Below, piece after piece: positions 30,807 through 41,273 of a stretch of 64,000 nucleotides of DNA. The notes beneath the pieces were generated by a model. It did not search any database. It saw nothing but the letters and a program-made list of their open reading frames with translations, and had not been told where the DNA came from. Each line of letters begins with the position of its first letter. Position 1 is the first letter of the stretch. The translations under genes and the position numbers were made by a program. Source of the DNA: an uncultured Chlamydiae bacterium (GTDB lineage: Bacteria > Chlamydiota > Chlamydiia > Chlamydiales > JAJFMB01); contig CAVOJR010000001.1 in NCBI GenBank assembly GCA_963696295.1, forward strand, positions 288,001-352,000, in the 5' to 3' direction.

Positions 30807-31870
30807 TCTGGGAACGCTATATTCTTAAAGAGTTCCTCCGCTGTTTTTTCACCTTTCTTTTCTGCTTTTTTTTTCTATATATCCTGATAGATTACGCAAG
30901 CCACCCGAGCCACTTCTATTTCGATCACCATTTCCAGGGGAAAATCTTCATAACCTACTACACCTGCGACCTGTTGTACCGCTTCAGCGCAATCGCCCCT
31001 TTCGTCCTGCTGATTTCCTGTATTAAAGTGGTTTGCCAGCTCGTGCTCAGCAACGAACTTTTGGCCATGATGGCCAGCGGCGTCACGGTAAAAAGACTGC
31101 TCCGCCCCATCGTCTTTGCCGCTCTTTTTATCGTTGCCCTGATCTATCTCAATTTTGAATTCCTCAATCCGAAAGCGATCCAAACCCTCAATCAATTAAA
31201 CGATGCGCATAAATATGAACGGAAGCTCAACCGGAGCAAGCCTTTGATCCGGCAGGTGTCTATGAAAGACGGCTCGATTATTTTGTTTCAAAAGTATGAC
31301 TCTTCGCGCCATTTGTTTTCAGAGGTTTACTGGATTCGCCATATCGGGGATATTTACCATATGAAAACATTGTCTCTGTCAACTCCTCCGGAAGGATCCT
31401 TTATCGACCGCTTTCAACGCAACAACCGGGGAGAGCTCGTCAAAACAGAATCATCGAAGCTGCAGTCCTTTCCGGAAATGCGCCTTAAGAAAGATGCGGT
31501 GCAGGAAATCATCACGCCGCCGGAAGATCAGCCTCTTTCAGCCCTTTGGAAAAAGCTGCCTAAAGAAAAGCACCTCTATATTGACGTCGAGGCGCAGGTT
31601 CTCGCTGCTTTCTATAACAAATTGGCGACCCCCTGGCTCTGCCTCATCGCCGTCATCGCCCCGATCCCATTTTGCCTCAATTTCACGCGAAAACTCCCCA
31701 CTTTTGCCATCTATGCCGGCTCGCTCTTTGGACTTATCGCCTTCACGATCCTGCTAAACTCGGCCTTTCTCCTGGGAAAGCGGCAAATTTTAGACCCGCT
31801 CCTCGCGACAAGTATACCCTTTTTAACCCTTTTCAGCTATTTTAGCTGGCGCTACCTCAAGTTAACTTGA
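30803..31870 (+). CDS. lptG: LptF/LptG family LPS export permease
   Basis: MIWERYILKE, SNELLAMMASG; ATGA coupling to upstream gene. Confidence 0.8.
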   Translation: MIWERYILKEFLRCFFTFLFCFFFLYILIDYASHPSHFYFDHHFQGKIFITYYTCDLLYRFSAIAPFVLLISCIKVVCQLVLSNELLAMMASGVTVKRLLRPIVFAALFIVALIYLNFEFLNPKAIQTLNQLNDAHKYERKLNRSKPLIRQVSMKDGSIILFQKYDSSRHLFSEVYWIRHIGDIYHMKTLSLSTPPEGSFIDRFQRNNRGELVKTESSKLQSFPEMRLKKDAVQEIITPPEDQPLSALWKKLPKEKHLYIDVEAQVLAAFYNKLATPWLCLIAVIAPIPFCLNFTRKLPTFAIYAGSLFGLIAFTILLNSAFLLGKRQILDPLLATSIPFLTLFSYFSWRYLKLT

Positions 31871-31879
31871 AAGGAATGT

Positions 31880-34375
31880 ATGGAACTTTTCGACTTAAGG
31901 CAATGGCCCCAATTTAAACAGGCAGGGGGAAACACCGCGGAACCCGCCCCGATTGATCAAATCGCCATCGATTCCCGCCGGATCGACTCCGGCTACTCGC
32001 TGTTCGTCGCTTTGAAAGGGAATAATACCGACGGCCACCGCTTTGTCGAAGAAGCGGCCAAAGTGGGAGCCAAATACGCCCTCGTGGAAAAGGGATGGAA
32101 CGCCCCCGAATTTCCCGGACTGACTCTCCTTAAGACCGAAAGCCCGCTCACAGCCTTTCAAGAGATTGCGAAAGCCTACCGCGCCACCCTGCGGGCCAAA
32201 ATCATCGCCATCATCGGGTCGTTCGGCAAGACCATGGTCAAAGACCTCTTGGAAACGCTGATCGGCACCCAATATAAAGTTGGCGCCTCGCCCGAAAGCT
32301 TCAACAGCCAGATCGGCGTGCCCTTAAGCCTTCTTTCCCTCAAAAAAGAGCAGGAATTTGCGCTTATCGAGGCGGCTATCTCCAAAGAGGGGGAAATGGA
32401 GCGGCTGACCGATATGATCGCGCCCGACTCCACCCTCCTCACCCACATCGGCAACAAACACCTCACCACCTTAGGGTCGCTCGCCTCAATCGCCGCAGAA
32501 ATGGGCAAAATGCTCGCCGCGACAAACGAAAAAGGGTGGGTGCTGCTGCCCCGCAACAGACTGTTAACACCCCACCTCAAAGAGATAGGGGCCAAAATCC
32601 ACTATTGGGATGATAAAAAGCCCCCTTACGCCTTTCGCCTAAGCGATGAAGAGGGGAATGCCATCCCCTATGAAATCAGTTTTCCCGACGGGTTCCGGTT
32701 TAGAGAGCAGATGACCATGGGATTTTCCTACTTTCTCGACCTGCTCAATATGTGCGTCAAAAGCGCTTCTCTTTGCGGCATCACCTCCCAAAATATCTCA
32801 CAAGCCCTAAAAAATTACCTCCCCGAACCGATGCGCGCCGAAATTTGGAAGTCCCCCGTCGGAACCACCTTTATCAACGACCTCTACTGCTCCGATCCCC
32901 AGTCGGTCGACCTCTCCTTGAAATACTTCGACCAGGCGGAAAAACAGCAGCGCAAAATCTTCGTCTTCGGAGGCATGCGCAGCACTAACCCTCACACAGG
33001 GCTTGAGTACCGCCGCATCGGAAAAGCGATCCAGCGGGCGAATGTCGATCAGGTGGTCCTCTTTGGCGAACGCCCCTTTCAGCCCCTGGTGGACCACCTC
33101 GCCAAACACTGCCCTCAGACCGCATTGTCCCAATGCAAGAATCTCGGTGAGGCTCTGGATACCCTCAAAACCGACCTTGGCCGGGAAGATCTCGTTTTAT
33201 TAAAGGGAACCAAAAAAATTCCGATCGACACTCTGACCCAGGCCTTTAACGAGAGCATCTGCACCAATCAATGTCTGATAAACCTAGAAGCTATTCACTC
33301 CAATATCCGCACCCTGCAAAAAGCCCTTCCCCACAATCCCCGCCTGATGGTGATGGTCAAGGCTTTGGCCTATGGCACCGATGACATCCAGATGGCCAAA
33401 TTCCTGCAAAGCTGCGGCGTCGGCATCCTCGGAGTCTCCTATGTGGACGAAGGGGTTTCCCTGAAACGCGCCGGCGTTCAGCAAGACATCTTTGTCATCA
33501 ACGCGGCCAAATATGAAGTGCCGAAAGTCGTGAAGTGGGATTTAGAGCTTGGGTTGAGTGAAAAAGAGATGATTTACGCCTTAAATATTGAAGCGGCGCG
33601 CCAAAATAAAGTGATCAAAGTGCACCTGCATATCGATACCGGCATGGGACGCTTCGGCACACGGCCTGAAAACGCGCTCGAGCTCGCCGACCTGATCCGC
33701 TCCTCCCCCCACCTCAAACTGGAGGGGATAATGACCCATTTTGCGAGCGCCGACGACCCCAAATCGGACCGCTTTACAAGAATGCAGATCAAGCGGTTCG
33801 ATCAGACGATAGAAACGCTGCACATGGCCGGTCACGAGATCCCCTACCGGCATGCCGCGAACTCCAGCGCCTCCATCCGCTTCAAACTGCCGCAATACAA
33901 CATGATCCGGATCGGCGTGGCTGTCTACGGCCTCTTTGCCTCCGAGGCAGCCAAAAAACTGCTCAAGCTCAAGCCCGCCCTCTCGCTCCTTTCCCGAGTC
34001 GTCGGCATCAACACCTTGAATAAGGGAGAGACTTTGAGTTACGGCCGGCGATTTGTCGCCACGCGCAACAATCAGCGGATAGCCGTTTTGCCGATAGGCT
34101 ACTTTGACGGCCTCCACTTAAACTACAGCGGTAAAGGGCATGTGCTAGTGCGGGGCAAGCAGGCTCCGATGGTGGGTAAAATCTGCATGGACTTCATGAT
34201 GGTGGATATCACAGATATTCCGAACGCCCAGATCGGCGATCCCGTGCTGATCTTTGGGGAGGATGAGTATGGCCACTATCTGCCGCCGGAGGATTTGGCC
34301 TTGAAGGGAGAGTCGATCATCCATGAGCTGATCACCTGCCTTGGCCCCCGCATCCAGCGCATCTTTACGATTTGA
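31880..34375 (+). CDS. alr: MurF-like ligase / alanine racemase fusion
   Basis: DSR, GSFGKT, SFNSQIGVP (Mur ligase); VMVKALAYG PLP lysine, HIDTGMGRFG, IGYFDG, GKICMD (Alr). Confidence 0.93.
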   Translation: MELFDLRQWPQFKQAGGNTAEPAPIDQIAIDSRRIDSGYSLFVALKGNNTDGHRFVEEAAKVGAKYALVEKGWNAPEFPGLTLLKTESPLTAFQEIAKAYRATLRAKIIAIIGSFGKTMVKDLLETLIGTQYKVGASPESFNSQIGVPLSLLSLKKEQEFALIEAAISKEGEMERLTDMIAPDSTLLTHIGNKHLTTLGSLASIAAEMGKMLAATNEKGWVLLPRNRLLTPHLKEIGAKIHYWDDKKPPYAFRLSDEEGNAIPYEISFPDGFRFREQMTMGFSYFLDLLNMCVKSASLCGITSQNISQALKNYLPEPMRAEIWKSPVGTTFINDLYCSDPQSVDLSLKYFDQAEKQQRKIFVFGGMRSTNPHTGLEYRRIGKAIQRANVDQVVLFGERPFQPLVDHLAKHCPQTALSQCKNLGEALDTLKTDLGREDLVLLKGTKKIPIDTLTQAFNESICTNQCLINLEAIHSNIRTLQKALPHNPRLMVMVKALAYGTDDIQMAKFLQSCGVGILGVSYVDEGVSLKRAGVQQDIFVINAAKYEVPKVVKWDLELGLSEKEMIYALNIEAARQNKVIKVHLHIDTGMGRFGTRPENALELADLIRSSPHLKLEGIMTHFASADDPKSDRFTRMQIKRFDQTIETLHMAGHEIPYRHAANSSASIRFKLPQYNMIRIGVAVYGLFASEAAKKLLKLKPALSLLSRVVGINTLNKGETLSYGRRFVATRNNQRIAVLPIGYFDGLHLNYSGKGHVLVRGKQAPMVGKICMDFMMVDITDIPNAQIGDPVLIFGEDEYGHYLPPEDLALKGESIIHELITCLGPRIQRIFTI

Positions 34376-34435
34376 TTTTTATGGATCCTTCGTATAGTAT
34401 CTCTGCCATTACTCAACTTTTTTTAGGAACTGAAC

Positions 34436-34906
34436 ATGGATTCACTCTCCAACGGCATCCCCTTATCAAATGGAAAAATTCCCTATATCACTATCCAAAC
34501 TAAACCGAAAGGCCGAATGGCTTTGGTGAAAAATAAACCGCTAATCGAAAAATTTAAAACCGAGCTCACCAGCGGATTATTCGACCTGGTCAATCTCGTC
34601 AGCTCTTTTGAACACTTCCTTCGTTTGGCACATACACCCAATCCCTGCTCCGATGAGGAAAGATTTTACCAACGATACCGCTTTTTGACGATCGTGCAAA
34701 ACAAGTCGCCCAAAACCGCCCTGGACATTTTAAGAGGGATTGAGGAGAAGAAGCCTGCTGTCCATAAGAAAGAGGATATGGAAACTTCTCAGCGAAGAAG
34801 AAATGCGTTCCAATATACCGGAAGCGATGGAGAGGATGCGAGAAAAAAATTAATGGAAGATTTCCAAACAGCCGAGCTGGAAGCTATTGGTTTTACGCAA
34901 GAATAA
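34436..34906 (+). CDS. Hypothetical protein
   Basis: 156-aa ORF, AGGA RBS. Confidence 0.6.
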   Translation: MDSLSNGIPLSNGKIPYITIQTKPKGRMALVKNKPLIEKFKTELTSGLFDLVNLVSSFEHFLRLAHTPNPCSDEERFYQRYRFLTIVQNKSPKTALDILRGIEEKKPAVHKKEDMETSQRRRNAFQYTGSDGEDARKKLMEDFQTAELEAIGFTQE

Positions 34907-35025
34907 CACCTTTTTGTCAAGCCGTGCTCTATCTCAATAAAATTAATTTTATTAATTAAAAGCCGATTTACTTAAATCTTATTCATATGATAAAATAATC
35001 AGCATTATCAAACATAGGTTTTTTT

Positions 35026-36177
35026 ATGAATGCTACTACTCCACTTAATATTAAAGATGATCTTTTCTGGGGATCTCCGATAAATAATACTATTGAACTG
35101 ACAAATAAAGCCATAGCCAAGGCAAAACAAACTCCTGATTTAGCGGAAAAAAGAACCCATTATGATGAGGCTTTCGCCGTCTTTCGCAAGACAGCGCAAG
35201 GCGACGGCACGCTGCCCCCGGAATTAGAAGTCCCATTTTTCACCTTTTTAGAAGCGTATGCAAAAGAGACGTGCTATGCGCAGCAGGGAAAGACTCCTGA
35301 GGAGGGGTTTGAAAAAAGCGCCCGCCTGATGGAATTGTCCCTCCTTTTGCAGCTGAAAAGCCTGAATATGATCGATTTCAGCTTTAATTGGGCAAAATGC
35401 GATAACCTGGAGGCTCTTATAAATGAAGCCGGAGACGATCTCTTAGAAACGGTTCGCCAGCTTCAAATATCGTCCGATGTGCTCTTGCCCAGAGCCCAGA
35501 ATAAAGGGATGCGGGAGTCTTTGGCCGCCACTTTAAAGCGCATGACTTTTTCCCATCAAAACATCCCCTCTTTAAACAAGGACAACCTCCCCTTCCATAA
35601 GCGTTACAACGACCTGACAGAAAAGCTATTTGAAAAACCGATCGATTTAGCTGAGTACCGTTATAACCGCTGCGCCTTTTTGATCAACTTGGGGCCCGAA
35701 ACAGATAAGTACGATAAAAAGATTCAGGCCTACGACTCCGTGCTTGAGATGTTCCGGACAGAGTGCGCTTCGGGCGATGCCGACTTAAAAAGAATTTTAC
35801 AGGGCAAAATGTCTCAAATCAACAACATGAAAGGGATACTCAATAAAGACCGCCCTGAAGCTGAAGGGTACTTCCGCGAAGCCTTCGCCATGCGCCAGGC
35901 GCTGCTTGAAGATGCCACCGACACTGCCAATGATGAATTTCTTCTCTCCAATATCAGAACGGGCTTGATCCATTGCCTCTGTCAAAAGCCCCTTCAACTT
36001 GACCGTTTGAATGAAGCCAAAGGGCATGCCCAGGCGCTGTTCGCCTATGTGCAAAAAAATCAAAGCAATCATAATGTTCACGCTTATGTAGAATCATATA
36101 AAACAGCCATGCTGAAAACCAATGCCGCTTTTATGCAATTCATAAGCGAACAAAAAAAGGTGGATACAAATGTCTAA
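35026..36177 (+). CDS. Hypothetical helical (TPR-like) protein
   Basis: 383 aa; AEGYFREAFAMR-type helices; AT-rich promoter. Confidence 0.7.
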   Translation: MNATTPLNIKDDLFWGSPINNTIELTNKAIAKAKQTPDLAEKRTHYDEAFAVFRKTAQGDGTLPPELEVPFFTFLEAYAKETCYAQQGKTPEEGFEKSARLMELSLLLQLKSLNMIDFSFNWAKCDNLEALINEAGDDLLETVRQLQISSDVLLPRAQNKGMRESLAATLKRMTFSHQNIPSLNKDNLPFHKRYNDLTEKLFEKPIDLAEYRYNRCAFLINLGPETDKYDKKIQAYDSVLEMFRTECASGDADLKRILQGKMSQINNMKGILNKDRPEAEGYFREAFAMRQALLEDATDTANDEFLLSNIRTGLIHCLCQKPLQLDRLNEAKGHAQALFAYVQKNQSNHNVHAYVESYKTAMLKTNAAFMQFISEQKKVDTNV

Positions 36178-36778
36178 ATTTATCACATCCTGTTTAATTC
36201 TTCTATTCGCGATGGCCGGGGCTGACGAAACCCAGTATGAGATTCACAAAAAAGAGTACCGCTTCTCGACGATTTATGAAATGAGGCATAACAGCCAATT
36301 CCTTGGAAGGGTGGTAACTCCGCGCTACCCCTGGAATTTACGCACCAATTACGATCTTTACAGCAAAGAGGCTGTGAAAGAGGGGAACGGAAAGTTTGCC
36401 ATCTTAAATCCCGCGGCCTGGTCGAGCTTTTGGGGCGCCGGAGGCTTGGATATCTATGTGGTTGACGCCGAGGGCAATGATGTGGGCTACATCGACGGCG
36501 AGTGCTTGACGCTGGCCGCAGCCAAATACACCTTTTATAATGCCGCCGGCGCAGTTGTCGGTTACGGCTATCTGGACAGGAACAAAGAGGGCTTTTCTAT
36601 CGTTCATCCCGATTACGACAACGTCCCCATCGCCTATTTGAGACGCCATTTTGTGCCGAACACCACCGATTACTGGTCCGTTTATATCTACGACACGGAA
36701 ACGATCGACACGCGCATGATCAAGATATTCAGCGCCTTTGCCGTGAGCATGCAAGACAAGTTCAGAGCGGACCACTAA
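36170..36778 (+). CDS. Exported beta-rich protein, possibly tubby-C/LURP-one-like
   Basis: Signal peptide; repeated beta-hairpins; terminal IDTRMIKIFSAF helix. Confidence 0.6.
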   Translation: MSKFITSCLILLFAMAGADETQYEIHKKEYRFSTIYEMRHNSQFLGRVVTPRYPWNLRTNYDLYSKEAVKEGNGKFAILNPAAWSSFWGAGGLDIYVVDAEGNDVGYIDGECLTLAAAKYTFYNAAGAVVGYGYLDRNKEGFSIVHPDYDNVPIAYLRRHFVPNTTDYWSVYIYDTETIDTRMIKIFSAFAVSMQDKFRADH

Positions 36779-36783
36779 TATCG

Positions 36784-36812
36784 TTGACCGCTTTAATCGC
36801 CATTGCTATAAT
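36784..36812 (+). promoter_or_regulatory. Sigma70/66 promoter
   Basis: TTGACC-N17 with TGcTATAAT. Confidence 0.65.
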
Positions 36813-36839
36813 TGGTTTATATTATTCCATTTATAACAG

Positions 36840-37211
36840 ATGAAATTTATATATTTTATTGGCCGGTGGGTCGCCCGCTTCAGATATCCCGTTTCGTTGC
36901 CCGAAGAGATCGGCATTGCCCTTGGCATAACCGCCTCTAATTTTACCCCCTTCGACACCTTTTTTAAATCGCTCACCACCCTCAAACAAACCCGGTTAAA
37001 TAAATTTATGAATAGAGAGATGGCCGAAGCGGCGTTTAAAAACGCCTGCATCAGAGAACGGTTTTGCCGCCACACCTTATGTTCCTATTTTTTTAAAGAG
37101 GGATGGATCGAATTTATCTTGCAATTCGACCAGGAGGCGAGATTGCGAAGGATTTATATCCTTCATAAAGAAATCAAATCGGACGCAGGGATTGAGATCC
37201 CTTTGACATAA
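36840..37211 (+). CDS. Hypothetical protein
   Basis: 123-aa ORF behind a consensus promoter. Confidence 0.65.
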   Translation: MKFIYFIGRWVARFRYPVSLPEEIGIALGITASNFTPFDTFFKSLTTLKQTRLNKFMNREMAEAAFKNACIRERFCRHTLCSYFFKEGWIEFILQFDQEARLRRIYILHKEIKSDAGIEIPLT

Positions 37212-39345
37212 AGGCCTCTTGAACAATAGTCCTGAAATTCTCAAAACCATACTCCTCTCTTGCCGCCTCAATGACCTTGACCGTATTCATCAAACTCTCG
37301 AAACGATCGGGCAAAATCACCCGGCAGCGCACAAGAAGGGAAGGCAGGTGCAGAATAAGCTGCATCCTTTCCAGATCGCCCTCTTCAACCTCCTCTTTAG
37401 CAAGCAATGTTAAAAAGGCTAGCCACTGCACACCTGCAGCCCCTCCCGAATCCACCGCGTCCTTGCAAGTAAAACTCATGGCGGCGGGTTTGATTATCTC
37501 AAGCAGCTTGAGTTGCAGGAAAGTGTAAAATATTTCAATAAACGCCTGCCGCTGCCCTTTGCTCAACACGTTCTTTTCTGAAAAAAAGATTCTATGAATA
37601 TGGTGCATCATTTCTTGAGCGGTATCCGGAAATAACAGATCTTTCACTTCATCGGGAAAATAAAAACCGGTATCCTCCTCTTGCAGCTGCTGAACAAATT
37701 GCTTCATAAATGATTTAGCCTGATTATTGTGGCTATAGGAGTTTTCCTGATAATAAAAATCGGAATCTTTGGATAAGGTTACTACAGTGAGCTTATTGAC
37801 AAAATCGGGATGGTTTTGCAACTCCTCCAGGGCGACACATCTGGCCCGTTCCTTCCATGAGGTGCGGTCCTGCAGATTGATGAGCAGAAATTTGTTGTTT
37901 TTATCCCGCTCCCTCATGCCCAGCAGAAATCCTTTGAATTCTTCGTTGACAGTGGCTTTATCGAGATACTCCTGCCTGGTAGGGGTCGGCAGGTGCAGCA
38001 CTGAGATGATAGCATCCTGAAGCTCAAAGGAGAATAGAAACTGGGGAATATTTTCCTGGTGCAAAGGATCGAAGGCATGCCATTCCCCGTCCTCCATGGT
38101 ATCTAAAACTTTGGTTAGCGGGCCGAAAGGATGTTTTTTAATCAGCTCGGCAATAGCGTGGTAGCCGGCAAAAATTTTATCGCTCATCACTTTCTCTTTT
38201 AAGGGAGTTTTGAAAAGCGCCTTCCCTTCGCAGAGGAGATTTTGCAGTTCCGGCTGCAAAGCGGCATACCCATGCATATTCATGAAAAGCCCATAGCAAA
38301 TCGCATGGATCGATTCAATGACGCGGCAAAGAACATTATTCTTTTTGTTCGGCGGATAAGCCATCAACTTTTGATACTCGGCGGATTGCAGGGCTTTAAT
38401 CAAAAACTCCTGAAAGTCCAGAAAATATTCAGAGCAGCATTTGGCCGGATCTTTTTCCAATAAATGGCGTGCATTGCTGCTTAAAATCAGAGCCATCAAA
38501 GCCTGGTTGATATAAGTGACAAAATCCCGTTTTTTGAAAGAGCTCGCTTCTTTATAAAACCAGCTGAGTTCCGGCTCCAGGGACTTGATCATCGATTTTG
38601 CCGACTTTTGCACAAAGCGGTCGTGAATTAAGTCCAGGTGAGCTAAATGATCCTCGCCGGCCTCCTTCATCTGTTTGAGATTGTCGCCAAAGTCGCAAAC
38701 CAATTTCATATTTTTAATCAGCCGCGGATTGAAAAAATGGGAACCGTCCTCTTTTCGCATAAAAAACAACTCGTAATCCAAGTCTTTCTTGACCGATTCC
38801 AAGTCGACAAAAAGATGTTTCATTTCTATTTTACTTTTAGGAGGCTTCATCGCCTCGGCCGGAAAGGCTCCTTGAGCTATCCCCAGGATCCACTGGCCTA
38901 ATGTACTCGTATCCACACGCCTGGCGATACGGGTCAGGTAAAATTCCTGTAACTTTTGATATTCTCTTAAACCTGTGACCCTCTTGACTTTTGTATCGTG
39001 AAATAAATTGGTAAACTTATCTAATTTACGGGCCGATTCCCCCACCAGAACCATGATAGATTTGATCCCTTCAATGCTTTGCTGATCCGTCACAAAGCCA
39101 TGGTGTTCTTTATCGCAGTATTCCCGCAAATACTTGAGTATGGTATTGAAAGTCTTTTTCAAAAGCGCATCAGGTTCTACCTCATCGCCGCTGCCCTGCC
39201 ATTCGAAAGTCCGGTAATGAAATTTATTCCCATCGACAATAAGATGATCCTTCTCAACAATTCCATCTTCCGACTCCAAATCGAGATCGGCAATACTGGT
39301 TAATGTTTCTAACGCTTCTAAAAGTGCTGTATTAGATTCGCCCAT
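37174..39345 (-). CDS. Large conserved-type chlamydial protein (probably CT837-like)
   Basis: ~720 aa near the lptFG/tilS/ftsH block; LINLQDRTSW and CKDAVDSG motifs. Confidence 0.75.
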   Translation of the reverse strand: MGESNTALLEALETLTSIADLDLESEDGIVEKDHLIVDGNKFHYRTFEWQGSGDEVEPDALLKKTFNTILKYLREYCDKEHHGFVTDQQSIEGIKSIMVLVGESARKLDKFTNLFHDTKVKRVTGLREYQKLQEFYLTRIARRVDTSTLGQWILGIAQGAFPAEAMKPPKSKIEMKHLFVDLESVKKDLDYELFFMRKEDGSHFFNPRLIKNMKLVCDFGDNLKQMKEAGEDHLAHLDLIHDRFVQKSAKSMIKSLEPELSWFYKEASSFKKRDFVTYINQALMALILSSNARHLLEKDPAKCCSEYFLDFQEFLIKALQSAEYQKLMAYPPNKKNNVLCRVIESIHAICYGLFMNMHGYAALQPELQNLLCEGKALFKTPLKEKVMSDKIFAGYHAIAELIKKHPFGPLTKVLDTMEDGEWHAFDPLHQENIPQFLFSFELQDAIISVLHLPTPTRQEYLDKATVNEEFKGFLLGMRERDKNNKFLLINLQDRTSWKERARCVALEELQNHPDFVNKLTVVTLSKDSDFYYQENSYSHNNQAKSFMKQFVQQLQEEDTGFYFPDEVKDLLFPDTAQEMMHHIHRIFFSEKNVLSKGQRQAFIEIFYTFLQLKLLEIIKPAAMSFTCKDAVDSGGAAGVQWLAFLTLLAKEEVEEGDLERMQLILHLPSLLVRCRVILPDRFESLMNTVKVIEAAREEYGFENFRTIVQEAFMSKGSQSLRPI

Positions 39346-39484
39346 TTGTTTACCTATCAACTATCTCTATAACAATTATGACATTTATTTAATTAAACAC
39401 AAAATAAAATTAAATTTATAATTTATCAAAGAAAGATCTTGATGAAATTGCGCGAGATAGTTTATAAGGTATACATCGTTTCAC

Positions 39485-39569
39485 GGAAGAGTGGCAGAGC
39501 GGCCGATTGCGTCTGTCTTGAAAACAGAAGGCCTGAGAGGGTCCGGGGGTTCGAATCCCTCCTCTTCCG
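39485..39569 (+). tRNA. tRNA-Ser(TGA)
   Basis: Acceptor GGAAGAG/CTCTTCC, anticodon arm TCTGT-CTTGAAA-ACAGA, long variable arm, GGTTCGAATCC; CCA not encoded. Confidence 0.97.
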
Positions 39570-39660
39570 TACCTTTTTTATTTATCATAAATTAACAATC
39601 AAATTAATTTAACAACACTTATAATGAAGTGGAGATATAAAGAAAAAAGGAGGGGTATCT

Positions 39661-40011
39661 ATGAAAAAAATATCCATGAAACACGTCAGAGAACTCAAAG
39701 GAAGCGGCGAAGAAGTCTTCTTTATCAATGTCCTTCCTAAAGAAGAATACCGGAAAAACCATATTCCAGGTTCGATTAACATTCCTCTCAAGGGCGAAGA
39801 AGATTTTGTCCAGCGCGTGGAAAAGATTGTTCCCAGTAAGAATCACAAAATTGTCCTCTATTGCGAGAATGAGAAGTGCCAGGAATCGGAAATCGCTGCT
39901 AAACAACTGGAGGAGAAAGGATTCAGTTACGTCATGGATTTTACCGGCGGAATGCAGGAATGGAAAGAAGCCGGCGGAAACACAAGAAAGCATGAAAAAG
40001 TCTTAACTTAA
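39661..40011 (+). CDS. Rhodanese-like domain protein
   Basis: HIPGSINIP, VLYC active-site Cys, GGMQEW. Confidence 0.9.
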   Translation: MKKISMKHVRELKGSGEEVFFINVLPKEEYRKNHIPGSINIPLKGEEDFVQRVEKIVPSKNHKIVLYCENEKCQESEIAAKQLEEKGFSYVMDFTGGMQEWKEAGGNTRKHEKVLT

Positions 40012-40022
40012 GTGGGGAATTC

Positions 40023-41159
40023 ATGTTCGGAAAGCGTTTTAATATCTTAAAATTCGCCGGTTTTGATATCGGCGTGGACATCAGCTGGTTTTTCGTCGCC
40101 GTTCTGCTCACATGGACTTTAGCGGCGGGCTATTTCCCCTATCTTTACAAAAATTTAACTCCTGAGACTTATTGGATCATGGGTCTTTGCGGCATGCTGG
40201 GGCTCTTTCTGTCGGTCGTTTTGCATGAGCTTGGCCATGCTTCCGTTGCAAGGCGCTTCCAGCTGCCCATCTCGCGCATCACCTTGTTTATCTTTGGGGG
40301 CGTAGCGGAATTAAAAAGCGAACCACCCTCCCCGAAAGCCGAGTTTTTCGTCGCTATTGCCGGCCCCATCGTCAGCCTGGTGCTGGCCGGGCTTTTCACC
40401 CTGCTCACATCTATCGGCTTGCATGCAGGATGGCCTCCCGGTTTTACCGGTGTGACCGGTTATTTAGGTTTTATTAATTTCATTATCGTTCTTTTTAACC
40501 TGATACCCGCCTTTCCGCTCGATGGGGGGCGGATTTTCCGGGCCTTTTTGTGGTGGTGGAAAGACAATTTAGGCTACGCTACCATGATCACCACCCGCCT
40601 TGGCACCGCTTTTGGATTCACACTGATCTTCTTTGGCTTTTTCTTTATCCTCAGCGGAGCGATTTTTGCCGGCATGTGGTGGATTTTGATCGGCCTCTTC
40701 TTAAATCAGGCCGCAACCGCTTCCCGCACGCAATATTATTTAAGACGGGAGCTGCACGGGGTGCCCGTGGAGAAGTTTATGACCCATGACCCAATTGCCG
40801 TGCCTCCGGACATCACGTTGAAGCAATGCATCGATCAATATTTGTATCAGTCGCACCATCACCTCTATCCGGTGGTGGAAAACGGGCGTCTGCTCGGCTA
40901 CGTCAGCCTAAAAGAGATCAAAGGCGTATCGTCTGATAAATGGGAGCACACCACCGTTCGGGGCGCCATGGTCCCCCTTTCCGGCATCCAGACTATTTCT
41001 CCAAAAACGAACGCCATGGAGGCCTTAAATCTGATTCAGGACGCTCCTACGCCCACCCTGCTCGTCGTGGAGGGGGAGAGGCTGGTAGGTCTGCTAGCTG
41101 CCCAGGATCTCTTTAAAATCATATCTATGAAACTGGAATTGGAACAGGGTGGCAATTAA
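40023..41159 (+). CDS. Site-2 protease (M50) with CBS pair
   Basis: HELGH, AIAGP, FNLIPAFPLDGG, C-terminal CBS domains. Confidence 0.93.
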   Translation: MFGKRFNILKFAGFDIGVDISWFFVAVLLTWTLAAGYFPYLYKNLTPETYWIMGLCGMLGLFLSVVLHELGHASVARRFQLPISRITLFIFGGVAELKSEPPSPKAEFFVAIAGPIVSLVLAGLFTLLTSIGLHAGWPPGFTGVTGYLGFINFIIVLFNLIPAFPLDGGRIFRAFLWWWKDNLGYATMITTRLGTAFGFTLIFFGFFFILSGAIFAGMWWILIGLFLNQAATASRTQYYLRRELHGVPVEKFMTHDPIAVPPDITLKQCIDQYLYQSHHHLYPVVENGRLLGYVSLKEIKGVSSDKWEHTTVRGAMVPLSGIQTISPKTNAMEALNLIQDAPTPTLLVVEGERLVGLLAAQDLFKIISMKLELEQGGN

Positions 41160-41273
41160 ACACCCCTTTTGATACAGTTTCTTTATTTATCAATGAAAAA
41201 CCTCTTGCTTTGCAAATTCCCTTTTCTCATAATGTGCGCTTTTTTCACCAACCAAATACAGGGAGAAAATCGC

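Noticed and set aside
41169..41273. Signal-peptide-like extension of the zeta-like protein
   Set aside because: The region contains a good promoter and RBS supporting ATG 41274; not fully excluded.
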